A stretch of 64,000 nt of DNA from the human T2T-CHM13v2.0 reference genome, Homo sapiens: the NCBI RefSeq assembly GCF_009914755.1, contig NC_060937.1; one strand, 5' to 3'. The notes below the pieces were generated by a model. It saw only the letters and a program-made list of their open reading frames with translations, was not told where the DNA came from and searched no databases. Shown here one piece after another: positions 13,121 to 27,790 of the stretch. The first letter of the stretch is position 1; every line of letters starts with the position of its first letter. The translations under genes were made by a program, and so were the position numbers.

Positions 13121-16100
13121 ATAACAGAATCAAATGCACACATAACAATATTAACCTTAAATATAAATGGGCTAAATGCCCCAATGAAAAGAAACACAGA
13201 CTGGCAAATTGGATAAACAGTCAAGACCCATTGCTGTGCTGTATTCAGGAGACCCATTTCATGTGCAAAGACATACGTAGGCTTAAAAGAAAGGGATGGA
13301 GGAATATTTATCAAGCAAATGGAAAGCAAAAAAAAGCAGGGGTTGCATTCCTAGTCTCTGATAAAGTAGACTTTAAACCACCAAAGATCAAAAAGGACAA
13401 AGAAGGTCATTACATAATGGTAAAGGGATCGATGAAACAAGAAGAGCTAACTAAATATATATGCACTACATACATATATATACTGTATATAACTAATATA
13501 TATATACTACATATTACTATAATAGTATATATATATACTATATATAACTAATATATATACTATATATAAAATGAAATATATATGCATCCAATACAGGAGC
13601 AAAGCATAAAGCAAGATTCATAAAGCAAGTTCTTAGAGACCTACAAATAGACTTAGACTCGCACACAATAATAATGGGAGACTTTAACACCCCACTGTCA
13701 ATATTAGACAGATCAACAAGACAGAAAATTAAGGATATTTAGGACTTGATCTCAGCTCTGGAACAAGTGGATCTAGTAGACATCTACAGAACTTTCCACC
13801 CCAAATAAACAGAATATACATTCTTCTCAGCACCACATTACACTTACTCTAAAATTGACCACATAATTGGAAGTAAAACACCACTCAGCAAATACAAAAG
13901 AAAGGAAATCATAACAGTCTCTCAGACCATAGTGCAATCAAATTAGAACTTGGCATTAAGAAACTCACTAAAAACCACACAACTACATGGAAACTGAACA
14001 ACCTGCTCCTGAATGACTACTGGGTAAATAACAAAATTAAAGCAGAAATAAGTAAGTTCTTTGAAACCAATGGGAACAAAGACACAATGTACCAGGATCT
14101 CTAGCACACAGCTAAAGCAGTGTTTAGAGTGAAATTTATGGCACTAAATGCCCACAGAAGAAAGTGGGAAAGATCTAAAATCAACACCCTAACATCCCAA
14201 TTAAAAGAACTAGAAAAACAAGAGCAAACAAATTCAAAAGCTAGCAAAAGACAAGTAATAACTGAGATCAGAGCAGAATTGAAGGAGATAGAGCCACAAA
14301 AAAACCTTCAAAAAGTCAATGAATCCAGGAGCTGGTTTTTTGAAAAGATTAACAAAATAGATAGACCACTAGCCAGACTATTAAAGAAGAAAAGAGAGAG
14401 GAATCAAATAGATACAATAAAAGATGATAAAAGGGAGATCACCATTGATTCCACAGAAATACAAACTACTATCAGAGAATACTATAAACACATCTATGCA
14501 TATAAATTAGACAATCTAGAAGAAATGGATAAATTCCTGGACACATACACCCCGCCCCCCAAGACTAAACCAGGAAGAAGTCAAATCCCTGAATAGATCA
14601 ATAATGAGTTCTGAAACTGAGGCAGCAATTAATAGCCTAACAACCAAAAAAAGTCCAGGACCAGATGGATTCACAGCCTAATTCTACCAGAGGTGCAAAG
14701 AGGAGCTGGTACCATTCCTTCAGAAACTATTCCAAACAATAGAAAAAAAGGGAATCCTCCCTAATTCATTTCATGAGGCCAGCATCACCCTGATACCAAA
14801 ACCTGGCAGAGTCACAAAAAAAAAAAAAAAAGAAAGAAAGAAAATTGAAAATTTCAGGTCAATATCCCTGATGAACATTAATGCAAAAATCCTCAATAGA
14901 ATACTGGCAAACCAAATCCAGCAGCATATGAAAAAGCTTATCCACCACAATCAAGTCAGCTTCCACCCTGGGATGCAAGTCTGGTTCAACATACGCAAAT
15001 CATTCAATGTAATCCATCACATCAACAGAACCAATGACAAAAACCACATGTTTAGCTGAATAGAAGCACAAAAGGCCTTCGATATAATTCAACACCCCTT
15101 TATGCTAAAAACCCTCAATAAACTAAGTATTGATGGAACGTATCTCAAAATAATAACAGCTACTTATGACAAACCCACAGCCAATATCATACTGAATGGG
15201 CAAAAGCTGGAAGCATTCCCTTTGAAAATCAGCACAAGACAACGATTCCTTCTCTCACCACTCCCATTCAACATAGTATTGGAAGTTCTGGCCAAGGCAA
15301 TCAGACAAGATAAATAAATAAAGGGTATTCAATTAGGAAGAGAGGAAGTCAAATAGTCTCTGTTTGCAGATGACATGAGTGTGTATTTAGAAAACCTCAT
15401 GGTCTCAGCCCAAAATCTCCTTAAGCTGATAAGCAACTTCAGGAAAGTCTCAGGATAAAAAATCCATGTGCAAAAATCACAAGCATTCCTATACACCAAT
15501 AATAGACAAACAGAGAGCCAAATCATGAGCAAACTCACATTCACAATTGCTACAAAGACAATAAAATACCTAGGAATCCAACTTACAAGGGATGTGAAGG
15601 ATCTCTTCAAGGAGAACTACAAACTACTGCTCAAGGAAATAAGAGAGGACACATACAAATGGAAAAACATTCCATGCTAATGGATAGGAAGAATCAATGT
15701 TGTGAAAATGGCCATACTGCCCAAAGTAATTTGTAGATTCAGTGCTATACCCATCAAGCTACCATTGACTTTCTTCACAGAATTAGAAAAATCTACTTTA
15801 AATTTCATGTGGAACAACAACAAAAAAAAGAGCCTGTATAGCCAAGACAATCCTAAGCAAAACAAAAACAAACAAACAAAAAAACAAAGCTGGAGGCATC
15901 ACGCTACCTGACATCAAACGATATTACAAGGCTACAGTAACCAAAACAGCATGGTACTGGTACCAAAACACATATGTAGACCAAGGGAACAGAACAGAGG
16001 CCTCAGAAATAACACTACACATTACAACCATCTGATCTTTGACAAACCTAACAAAAACAAGCAATTGGGGAAAGGATTTCTTATTTAATAATGGTGTTGG

Positions 16101-17100
16101 GAAAAATGGCTAGCCATATGCAGAAAACTGAAACTCCTTCCTTATGCCTTATACAAAAATTAAGATGGATTAAAGACTTAAATGTAAGACCTAAAACCAT
16201 AAAAACCCTAGAAGAAAACCTAGGCAATACCATTCAGGACATAGGCATGGGCAAAGACTTCATGAGTAAAACACCAAAAGCAATTGCAACAAAAGCCAAA
16301 ATTGACAAATGGGATCTAATTAAACTAAAGAGCTTCTACACAGCAAAAGAAACTATTATTAGGATTAACAGGCAACCTATAGAATGGAAGAAAAGTTTTG
16401 CAATCTATCCATCTGACAAAGAGCTAATATCCAGAATCTACAAGGAACTTAAACAAATTTACAAGAAAAAAACAACCCCATCAAATAGTGGGCGAAGGAT
16501 ATCAACAGATACTTCTCAAAAGAAGACATTTATGCTGCCAACAAACATATGAAAAAAAGCTCATCATCACTGGTCATTAGAGAAATGCAAATCAAAACCA
16601 CAATGAGATACCATCTCACCCCAGTTAGAATGGCGATCATTAAAAAGTCAGCAAACAGATGCTGGAGAGGATGTGGAGAAATAGGAAAGCTTTTACACAG
16701 TTGGTGGGAGTGTAAATTAGTTCAACCATTTTGGAAGACATTATGGTGATTCCTCAAAGATCTAGAACTGGAAATACCATCTGACCCAGCAATCCCATTA
16801 CTGGGTATATAGCCAAAGGATTATAAATCATTCTACTGTAAAGACACATGCACATGTATATTTATTGCAGCACTATCCACGACAGCAGAGACTTGGAACC
16901 AACCCAAATATCCATCAATGATAGACTAGATTAAGAAAATGTGGCACATATACACCATGGAATACTATGCAACCATAAAAAAGGATGAGTTCATGTACTT
17001 TGCAGGCACATGGATGAAACTGTAAACCATCATTCTCAGCATACTAACACAGGACCAGAAAACCAAACACCACATGTTCTCACTCATAAGTGGGAGTTGA
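13121..17100 (+). pseudogene. L1 ORF2p (endonuclease/reverse transcriptase) remnant, multiply disrupted
   Basis: ORF fragments [70 protein letters not shown]; FADD motif codons at 15363-15374. Confidence 0.95.
13453..13586. repeat. (TA)-rich low-complexity insertion inside L1 ORF2
   Basis: ~110 bp of TATA/ACTA mosaic flanked by duplicated AAATATATATGCA. Confidence 0.85.
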
Positions 17101-17544
17101 ACAATGAGAATACATGGACACAGGGAGGGGAATATTACACACTGAGGCCTGTTGAGGGGTGGCGGACTAGGGGAAGGATAGCATTAGGAGAAATACCTAA
17201 TGTAGATGACGGGTTGATGGGTGCAGCAAACCACCATAGCACGTGTTTACCTGTGTAACAATCCTGCATGTTCTACAAGTGTCCCAGAACTTAAAGTATA
17301 ATTTGAAAAACTGTAAAAATCATTTCCACATTTTATAATTCAAAACTATTTATTTGGGAATAGGTAAGTGTCTATTTTTTCCTTGGTTTTGTATTTAGTG
17401 TTTTGTGTACTTTGATTTTCTTTTCCTGTTTGTTCCTTTTATTTCAATCATTTTTTAAAAATAAGCAAATTTTTTCTTAGTTTCCACTAAACATCTTGAT
17501 AGTAACACTTTTTAATCTCTTGATTTATTGCTAAGGACTTAGTA

Positions 17545-17971
17545 CTGTTCGTGTTCCCCTACAATTCATATGTTTAATCCCTCATCCCCAGTGTGATGGT
17601 ATTTGGAGATGGAGTCTTTTATTAGTGTCCTTCTAGAGATCCCAGAGATTGCATCTCTTCCTCTGTGTCTCTCTGTTTACCACGGAGGTGGTTAACCAAT
17701 AAAATAAATTTTTAGACAAAATGCACAAGAAAATAAAAACAAATAATTTACACTGAGATGAACAAAAGTTTAATAACATATAAAAAGGAAAGTTTATACA
17801 ATTTAGGAGATGGCTTTCTGCAAACCAGAAAGAGAGCCCTCACCGGGAACCAATTACCCAGCACCCTCATCTTGGACTTTCCAGCCTCCAAAATTGTGAG
17901 TAATAAGTGTTTGTTTTCTAAGCCACCTAATTTACGGTAATTTGTTATTGTAGCCCCAGATCACTAAGACA
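17545..17971 (+). mobile_element. ERVL-MaLR solo LTR, MLT1A-like, with an AT-rich internal insertion
   Basis: CCCCAGTGTGATGGTATTTGGAGATGG, GAGCCCTCACC, CTTGGACTTTCCAGCCTCCA, ends ACTAAGACA. Confidence 0.85.
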
Positions 17972-18424
17972 TTCATTAATTTAAATAATTTTCCTGATAT
18001 AAACAATTGTTTAATTTGTTTTGTTTATAAATCATTATTGAAATATCAGCTCTAAAATTATTTATAAATCTACAGATTTTCTTTTAACTTAATTCAGCAC
18101 TTAAAAATATATATACAGTCAACACCACTTTCTTCCTGGTTCACTTAATTTTATTGTATTGTATTCCTTTTCTAATCTATTTAAATATTTTAGTTTGTTT
18201 AAATGACTTAAATGCTTAACCAGTATAAGTTCCAAGTGCAAGACTATGTAGGGGTAAGTAAAAGCCAGTTCATGATGCATACAGAGTGTGAGTAAAAACA
18301 ACATTTTGTCATTTTGAGTTAAAAAGATTTGGGAGTTATATTACTCCCAAAGTTGAATGCAGTTGAACATAGCTAATGATGCTAAAAGTGTAGTTTAAAT
18401 TGTAAATGCTTTTCCTCTTCTTTC

Positions 18425-18638
18425 TCTGTCTCTTCCTCATCTTTTTATTCTTTAATTTTTGGCTATTTATATCAGTAGGCTTTTTTATTTTATAGTCTGT
18501 ATTTAGTTCTTCTAATGATTTTACTTTATCTGTCTCTTCCTCATTTTTTTATTCTTTAATTTTTGGCTATTTCTATCTGTAGGCTTTTTTATTTTATAGC
18601 CTGTATTTAGTTCTTCTAATGATTTTACTTGTATCTGT
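18425..18638. repeat. 104-bp tandem duplication (2 copies)
   Basis: Units start at 18425 and 18529 (TCTGTCTCTTCCTCAT...GATTTTACTT); about 5 differences by eye. Confidence 0.95.
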
Positions 18639-18847
18639 ATTCTTATAATATAGTTCATCCTCATTTTTGCTATGCATTATGTTTCACTGCCTTGCACACA
18701 CACACACAGAGAGAAAACACAAAAATTATTTCTGAATTCTTTATTCTTTTACATATAATACATTTGAACCTGCACTCATATCTGAATTTTCACTTATTGG
18801 AAAATATACACTAACATACCAACAGGAATAAGTAAGCAGCTCTTAGT

Positions 18848-19555
18848 TAATGCTGGTGGGAATGCAAAATGATATAGCCACTTAAGAATAGAGTTTGTCA
18901 GTTACAACACTAAATATATTCTTACCATATCCAGCAACCACTTTCCCTGGCATTTACTCAAATGAGTTGAAAACTTATGTCCATGCAAAAATTGAACATG
19001 AATGTTTATAGTAGATTTATTCATAATGCCAAAACTTGGAAGTAACCAAAATGTCCTTCACTATGTGAATGGGTACATTAACTTAGATACATCCATAGTA
19101 TAGGTTATTATTCAGTAATAAAATAAAAATAAAACAAACCACAAAAAAGACATGGAGTAACCTTAAATGCATACTGCCAAGTAGAGATGGTAAAAATATC
19201 AGTGGCTGCCAAGGGTTGGAGTGAGGGGATGAGAGAGAATAAGGAAGTGCTGGATAAGTGAAGCACAGGGAATTTTTAGGGCAATGAACTACTTTGTATA
19301 ATTTGTAATGGTGGATACATGTCCTTATAGTTTGTCAAACCCCATAAAATGTACAAAACAGTGAACCATGGACTTTAGTTAACAATAATGTATCAATATT
19401 GGCTCATCAATTGTAGCAAATTCACCACACTTAAGCATGATCTAATAAAAGAGGAAACAGGGAAGAGAAAAATGGTGTAAAGGAACATACTTTTGCTCAT
19501 TGTCTTCCAAACATAAAATTGCTCAAAAAATCAATTCTATTGATTACAAAAAAAT
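18848..19555 (+). mobile_element. L1MC-type 3' end
   Basis: GCTGGTGGGAATGCAAAATG, AAATGAGTTGAAAACTTATGTCCA, GGACTTTAGTTAACAATAATGTATCAATATTGGCTCATC. Confidence 0.85.
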
Positions 19556-20396
19556 TCAATTCAACATGCCAGTGTCTTCTGTTGTTCCTCATCTACTCAC
19601 CCACTTTAAAAAATAAAAATGCACGTGTATATGTTCGTATAAAGACATTATATGTATTTCTATATCATCATGGTTTAATTTGTTTCAATTAACATATTTC
19701 TTGAATCCTTTAAAGATGTTTAATTGCATTTTAAAGTATTTTACAAATAATTTAGGATATGTTTCAATAGGTTCACAATCAATAATATATTTATACAAGG
19801 TTGTACTTACCTGAAGAGTTTGAAGTTATGTTATATTAATAAAATAATTTTTAAAGAAAAAGAAATTTATGGAATATCTGGAATCTCCCAGCATATGGTC
19901 TCTAATACTTACATGGGTCAAACAACATCCAGGGGGTTTTCCAGCTATATGTGTATGGCCGTATCAAGGGCAAGAGAATTATGTTTCCTTTAGATCATTT
20001 TAGTAAAATTTTAGAAATTAAGTTTTTACATATTTACCTTGCTTCCTGTTCTGTCTTCTCAAAATACCTTTAGTTATATATGTATTGAATCTCGATTTTC
20101 CAATTTGTCTTTGTTCTACAATTTTTTAATCATTTATAATTCATCTTCATTCATTTTTTTGTCCACATTCCCCAAGATTCTTTCACATGAATGTATATCT
20201 ACAATTGCATTTTTAGATGTCCCTACCCTTCCTACTCCCTTTTTTCTGTGACTTCTAATAAGTTATTTTTTCTTATTCCTTGCTTTCCTTATACATGCCA
20301 GTTGATGTTTTACCTAGTTCTGTAATTTTCTTTCTTTCTTATATATTGTAAGTAAAATCAGAATTAAAATGCAATATTTATTTACTAGGCTTTGGA

Positions 20397-20444
20397 TTTC
20401 AGAGAAAACCTCTGGTCACATTTTCAGAGAAAACCTCTGGTCAC
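20397..20444. repeat. 25-bp-period tandem duplication
   Basis: TTTCAGAGAAAACCTCTGGTCAC present twice (20397, 20422). Confidence 0.9.
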
Positions 20445-20664
20445 CAAATGTATGGTCATTTTTAAAATTATACTGTTTATTTACTTCTTGTTAATTTTCT
20501 TCTTTATTTTACACCTTCTTTTAAACTGTCCTACTTTTGTATTATTCATATTCCAAAGAGGATCTTTTTTCCTGAGTTATTTGTAAACGAATATATTCTG
20601 AGAGGAGTCAGCAGAATGTTCCTGAATAGGCAGGTGATCTCCATAAATAAAAAGTGTGTTGATG

Positions 20665-20712
20665 GGTGTGTGTGTGTGTGCATGTATGCGTGTGTGTGTG
20701 TGTGTGTGTGTG
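20665..20712. repeat. Interrupted (TG)n microsatellite
   Basis: Direct reading. Confidence 0.95.
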
Positions 20713-22409
20713 TTGATTTTGCCTCTACTATCTGCTGATGAAAAATATCAGCAAAATAGCTTCTCATACATGTGGATAACTCTTAATCCTCTTCTTCTGC
20801 TGTTCTCTGTTACTTCAGAGTAATATGAAATGAATCAGGTCCATTCATTCCGATCTATCTGTTCAAACAACAGACAGATCTGTTGTTTTTGTTCACTTTT
20901 TGTTTTCAGGGTGTGTCACCTACTTTGGAGAACTTACTTCACCCTCCGCCCCACCGCCATTTTATTATTTCTAAAACATAGGTGTCTACCCTTCATCATC
21001 TCTTATTACAAAGTGCATTTTTCTTCATTGAACTTGGCATTTTTCATTATATTCTAATGTTCAGAATAAGAGCTTGGCCTACTTCCCTTGAAGATGAAAT
21101 TACTGTTCATATTCCTCTCATTTTTGACGAATTCAGAGAAAATGAGGCACTGCTATTGTTATGGCATTATTTTAAACTCAGAAATTTTATAACACTTAAT
21201 TACATCTTGAAATGTTATTAGTTCTACAAGTTTTGGCCATATTTAAATACTCAAAATGTACTGAGTCCCTTCAATACACAAAGTATTCTGTGTCGTGAAA
21301 AATGAGTATGATACAATTCAATTCCTCAAGTTGTTAACAATTTTCTCAGTGAGAACACATATACATCTAATCACAATACATGTCAGAGTGTGATAAGGTC
21401 TAAAATCATAATTGATTAAGACATAATGTGATTTAGTAAAATAAAAAGATGACTGTTAAAGCTATCGTATTTCTTTTCTGAGTTATGAAATTATGACAGT
21501 CCACCATAAATATTCTTTTCAGTTTTTCCACATCAGATCTTAAAATCTTTCACTGTAGATTTACAGTGGTCTGGAAAGACTTGCTTTGTATTACTCTGAA
21601 TACTGTAAAATATTCATGAATCAGCATTTTTCATGTTAAACCGAAGTTGTAAAATTGTCTGAACTATGGCAATAATTAATATCTTACTACAAAAGATATT
21701 TGTCTCTAACCCTTTAAGTGTGATTACTTTTATGTCTCAGCCATATGTTAGTAAGCAAAGATGGCACATATTTCCAGGTAAAGGACCATAATCAGTATTC
21801 GTTAATATCTTTAGCTTGTCACATAATAACTAAATGAGATTAATTTTAATGATTAAAATTTTAAGTCACTTTATATTGTGTTAAAATGTTTACAAAATGA
21901 CCTCACAATTCTATGTTCTCCTTCAGAGTCCTCATGAGCAAATGTCTAAGCATGAATTTTGTTTATAGCCTTATTCTTTCATATAGTTACCTTACTGCCC
22001 AAAACATAGTGAACCTTTTTTCTCTGAAGACATATACAAACGTTCATGTTTTCTTTACTCAGCTAGTACACATTTTTCTCACATAGTTTTATATTTTTTC
22101 AAAGGTTTATAAGCATTGCAGAAGTATAGTTTATTGTTCTCTCAGTTCCCCCTACCCATATCAAGATATTACATACTTAATTTGCAAGATATTTTACATC
22201 ATGTGTTTTAGGTTAAAGATCAGAGATAACGTTGTAAGTACATTATTCTAGAAAACAAAGACTGATACATCTAAGTAATCTTAAATTAATGTAAAAAATG
22301 AGGTGACTATAGAGAACAATGAATTTAATTTAATAAATACAGTTGTCAAAGGTGAATAATTTAGAACTTCCAACTCACTTTTTCTCTTAATTAGTAACAA
22401 AAATATAAA

Positions 22410-23010
22410 AGACTGTTGAACATTTCCTACATACTGTACTTAATGCTCAGAATAGATTTAAAAAAAGACAGAAACTTTCCATTTCTTATTAAACTGTAGA
22501 AAACAGATATAAAAACAGAAGTTTACATATAATTATTCACATACTTTCAATTGGGCAATGATGAAGTGACTTTTTAATCTTAAACCAGAAGAATAAACTG
22601 GGATTTAATGAAGAAAGATTTGGCATAGGAAGGAGGCAGATGCTTTCTAGAGAGAGGATATAACATAAAGGAATATTGGGAACAGGATGAAACTATTGAT
22701 TCAAAGACTAGAAATAGATTTTAAAAAGGTGAATCCTACAGAGAAAAAGGCAATAGTCAGAAAATGAGTTTATATAAGATAGCCAAGGATATACCACAAA
22801 AAAGCATATATAATAATCTTGGACTGTATTTGAAGGGTTTTAAATTGGGAGGGTAACATTATTCACTGTTCATCATCCAAATTTAGAAACAAGGAGATTT
22901 TGAAATTGTTACTTTTGAGTATTATCAACTTGGAGGAACTGCTACTCTTTACTGAATCAAAGAACACAAGAAGAAGGAAATGTATGTGTGTGCATGAAGG
23001 AAAAGGTCTT
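22410..23010 (-). mobile_element. Degraded L2 LINE fragment
   Basis: Purine-rich + strand with L2-like motifs (TTGAACATTTCCTA, GAAGGGTTTTAAATTGGGAGGGTAACAT). Confidence 0.45.
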
Positions 23011-23892
23011 GGACTCAATTTTAGAACATGGCTATTCAAAGAAGCCAATGAAATACTCAAAAAGAGATTTAATAAATAATATATTTAATGATTGGTTATT
23101 GAATTTTTGAGTTTTTAAGACAAAAAACATACAAAATAACTCTCATGAAGTTTATATTGAAGTGAAGGTAAAAAAACAATGAATAACAAAGTGAATATGT
23201 AGAGTGAAATGGTTGACTTCAGAATAATGCTGATTTGACATTTATTGGCTCATCTCTGCAAGGTAAGTCCTGAGATCAGACAATATGACTCACTCAAGGA
23301 TGAAGCCTTAATACTGAGCTCTGTACATTTTTCTATTTAATATCATAATCAGTCTCTTAAGATGTTAAAGTTCTTCAGGATAAAAATTTTAACCACTGCT
23401 TTATTTAGGGTCTTGGAAGGAAATGCTGACACAGTTTGGGGGCAAAAAGAACCTTTTAGAATATTCCAGGGTAGGTTATTAGAACCCACTTTTCCCAAGT
23501 CAGGTCATGATAAGACTCAATGTTAATTATTGACTTCATTTTTGGCCATGAGGGGAGGTAGTGTCTCGAGGCTGTTATATTTTAGTTTTAAGACCTGGGC
23601 TCAGTTTAAATTGCACATTCTTTATGCATGAAAGTGATGTTCTACCCTCTAGCAAGGTGAAGATGCCACCTCAATAGAGCCAAAGGGTTCAATTGGTTCA
23701 GAGTTTAAATGTTTTTGAGCATATTCACCGGATACCACCATCTCAAGTCTTACAGACTCCATCTGGACATTGTGGTGTAAAAGGCTTTTCTAATGCTACT
23801 TTTTTAACTTTCTTTGAAATCTGGTTCTCACATGTTTAGGTTCTGGTCTTGATTTTCATTACAATCCGAATGTCCCATAGGCATTGTAATTG

Positions 23893-24419
23893 TGTAGCAG
23901 TCTTCCTGCTCCTTAACTCAGCGAGGTCCAAGTTCTTGTTTCATGACCAGGAAGAATTAGGCACACGGAAACTGGAGAGTGAGTGGAGTAGAATTTATTA
24001 AACAAAAGGAAAACACTCAGTGGAAAGGGGGTGTGGGCAAGTGGTTCCCCTACCCAAAGGTGGGAAAGTCTCCTGTGTGGCTGGGTCCGGGGCCTCGTAT
24101 GGGCTCAGAATGGGAAGTGTGTGCTTATTGGTTTGTGAGTATGCAAAAAAGATTAAAATAAAGATACCACTCAAAGTTGGGCACAACAGTGTAGAAAACC
24201 AATTAGGAAAGGGTAGGTATATGTAAAATAGGTGAAGGGTGGGGATCAATCAGAGGAAAGTGTGTGAAACAGGAAGAGAAGTTCTCAGTCTGGTCCCAGG
24301 ATTTAACCTGTAGCTTGGCTTTTAGGCTTAAAACTTTCTTCAGCTTGGAGGTGGGGTTTCACCACGGACCTGTCTCTAACTTCCTGGGCATTTGACTGGG
24401 CTGCCTCCTGCCACTCTCA
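23893..24419 (-). mobile_element. ERV1 solo LTR, MER61-like
   Basis: Minus strand reads TGAGAGTGGCAGGAGGCAG..GGTGAAACCCCACCTCCAAGC..CTACA; TG..CA termini; 4-bp TSD ATTG/ATTA. Confidence 0.8.
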
Positions 24420-25067
24420 ATTACTGTATCCTTTATATTCAGAGCTTGGGTTCTTTCTTTAGTCATATCTTCCCTGAAACCCTAATAAATTTGACTCTTC
24501 TCCAAAATTGCCATTTACTAAGTTTCTCGGATTTTCCTATCTGAGAGTAAAACTTTGGCAGGATTCTACCACCATCTCAAAATCCAGCTATAGGATTCAG
24601 GTTAGGGAACAAGACACAGATATAAAAGTACTGTGTATGTGCGTGCTCCTTTCCCTTTCAAAATCTTTCTCTCCTCCTGAGTAGTTCAGATGGTATAATT
24701 TTGGGAGGCAGCAGGAATGTTGTGCAGGCAACAATTCAGATGATATCATATACTTTAAAATCTTCTTAAATATTGGCCCCTGCTTTTAAAATTTGGATTA
24801 AAATAAAAGAGAATGTTATGGAATAATTATATGACTTTTTTTGCTCCCTCTTTATTATCTTCTTTAACTGTTCCCTAGAGTAAGTCAGTTATAAGTGTGG
24901 CACATGGGATTTTAGTTTTTCCAAGAGTGTTGTTGTCACAAAATCCAGCAAGCAAAATGGCACATATTTTAGATTCTGAGATCAAAAGTAACCATCTGTG
25001 TTTGAAACAGAAATGATTCAATGTGCATGTTAATATGCAGAATAAGATATTATGCCTAGCACTGTTA

Positions 25068-25428
<361 letters not shown>

Positions 25429-25916
25429 TTAATATTTCACCTGAGTATGAGAGTCAGAGACCATTAAGACCACTAAGGAACTCTTCTAAAGGCAATAAAC
25501 TTGAGAATACATACAGTTGGCACCTTGATTCCAGGTGAGGCCAGGATATGCAACAAGTATGTAGCAAATGCTCCCTAAATATGATGGTAGAGCAACCTAT
25601 ATTAAAATGGTGGTATAATGTGAAAACATGGAGAATAGTGGAGGTCAGTTATGAGAAAACTCATCATTTTCAAGTTATGCTCTAGTTGTATCAGGCTTCA
25701 GAGTGCCATAATAGAACATCCAGAATTTCCTGTGACTCAAACTGGAGTAAAAAAAAAAAAAGTTCAGAATTTTAAAGGATGTCTTGTTAAGTATGCTGGG
25801 GGTCCTGAAGATAGGAGGAGAAGATCCTCAGTGAATCAAATAAACTGTTCTCCTCAGGAGATCTACAGCACTACAAAGCTAGGAGGGGCTGAGTTCCTGT
25901 CTGCAGATAATCCATT

Positions 25917-26333
25917 TGTATTAATCCATTTTCTGTTGCCTATAACAGAATACTTAAGATAGGGAAATTTATAAAGAAAATGAATTTATTTCTTACAGTT
26001 AGGGAGGATAGGAAGTCCAGGGTTGAGGGGCACTTCTGGTAGAGGCCTTCTTCTTGGTGGGGACTCTGAAGAGTTCCAAAGTTGGCACAGAGCATCACAT
26101 GGCAAGGAACCTGAATATGCTAGCTCAGGTTTGTCTTCCTCTTGTTATAAAGCTCCAAGTTCCACTCCCGTAATAACCCATTAATCCATTAATCCAAGAA
26201 AGAATTCATTCATTCATGAGGGCAGATCCCTCATGATCCAATCATCTTTTGAAGTTCCCACCTTTCAATACTGCCACATTGGGGATTAAGTTTCCAACAC
26301 TTGAAGTTTGGGGGACACATTTAAACCATAACA
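25917..26333 (-). mobile_element. ERVL-MaLR solo LTR, MSTC/MSTD-like
   Basis: TGTATTAATCC..AAACCATAACA termini, CCATTAATCCATTAATCC motif, perfect 5-bp TSD CCATT (25912, 26334). Confidence 0.9.
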
Positions 26334-26894
26334 CCATTTTATTTATTTCAAATATAATAATTCATACTTATCTATACTAGGTTAGAGGAGAGCATAGAAC
26401 CTTGACAAAATAGGACAGAAAGTAGGCATTCCCATTTTAATCACCAATATTTCGTATTTTTCATTGTCTTTCAGAAAAGAGAAACAAATCCTTCAGCTCA
26501 ATCTTTCCAGGGACATTCTTAACACAAACTACATGTTGTATTAGGTCATGGGAATTGTAATAATTTCAAAAATTAGAATTTAAATAGGCCTAATTTATAA
26601 AATATTAAACAGGTAAAACAATTATTGCAAAACACAAGTAATGCAATGTCTAGGAATTTGTGCAAAATAGGTAGTTATAAAAAACACACATATATATTTA
26701 CTATATATATACACATAAGTTGTATTTATAAACATAAATAATTATATTTAAAACAAACATTTGTACAAATTATAGTCATAATTTGTATTGCAGATTAATG
26801 AAAAATTATTATAAAATGAAACCTATGTACTTCATAAACAACTGTGCTCATTAGAAACAAACAACAAAAATATTTGTTTGTTTAATAATAATAC

Positions 26895-27172
26895 TCTTTT
26901 TTTTGAGGTGGTATCTCATTCTGTCACACAGGCTGGATCATAGCTCACTGTATCCTCAAACTCCTGGGCTCAAGCAATCCTCTTTCCTCAGACTCCTGAA
27001 TAGCTGGGACTATATGAGAAAGCCACTGTGGCCAGCTAAGTTTTTAATGTTTTGTAGAGAAGGGGTCTTGCATTTTTAACCAGGCTGATCTCAAACTCCT
27101 GGCCTCAAGCTATCCTCCCACCTCTGCCTCCCAAAGTGCTGAAATTATAATTGTGAGCCACCATACCAAGTC
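26895..27172 (-). mobile_element. AluJ
   Basis: TCATAGCTCACTG..CTCCTGGGCTCAAGCAATCC (J-type); TSD TAATAATAATAC at 26883 and 27173. Confidence 0.92.
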
Positions 27173-27344
27173 TAATAATAATACATTTTAATATTGATGG
27201 TAATGATGATGCATTTGTCGTTTAATAGAAAAAACTGAGAAAGAGAATAGTAAAATAATTATATAAAAATGAAATATGTTTGATATCATTGATTGCAGAC
27301 AGAACATCCTCTTTACCACTCCATCAAATAATTTACCATAATAA

Positions 27345-27790
27345 CAGATGCTTCAGCTATCTCTCTCCTCCTTGACTGTACACTTCAGAAAAACTGACTT
27401 CACTAACAACTTTAGCATTGGAATTACTATGAGATATTTCTATTTCTTTTCCACTAATTTGTTGCTGAATGGATATGTGACATTTCTGGCCAATAAAATG
27501 CTAAGAAAGTCACAGGAAAGGATGACTTATTTTCTCTGTCAGGATGCTATTGATTCTATTTGCAGTGGTTGAAACTGTGCTTGCTTTCTTCATAGCATTT
27601 GGGCATGAACTGAACACTAATAACGAAAGATGAAAAGAACGATGCTTTGATGAAATTATTGAATCAGTGAATCAACCTGAAGGTCACTAATTCTCAATAA
27701 CTCTCAAGAGAGATTGTACATTTTTCTTAGTGTCTAAGCAATTTTGAATCATGTATTTTTCATTTTCTGCCAAAAGCATTCTAATTATCA
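27345..27790 (+). mobile_element. Old MaLR LTR (MLT1J-like), diverged
   Basis: ATGTGACATTTCTGGCCAAT, TTTGATGAAATTATTGA..GAATCAACCTG, AAAAGCATTCTAA. Confidence 0.5.

Noticed and set aside
13231-16749. ORFs of 60-158 aa as possible genes
   Set aside because: All are frameshifted pieces of L1 ORF2; no intact ORF2
23240-24720. Moderately GC-rich flanks of the MER61-like LTR, possibly old ERV/MaLR internal sequence
   Set aside because: Could not assign a family or reading frame by eye
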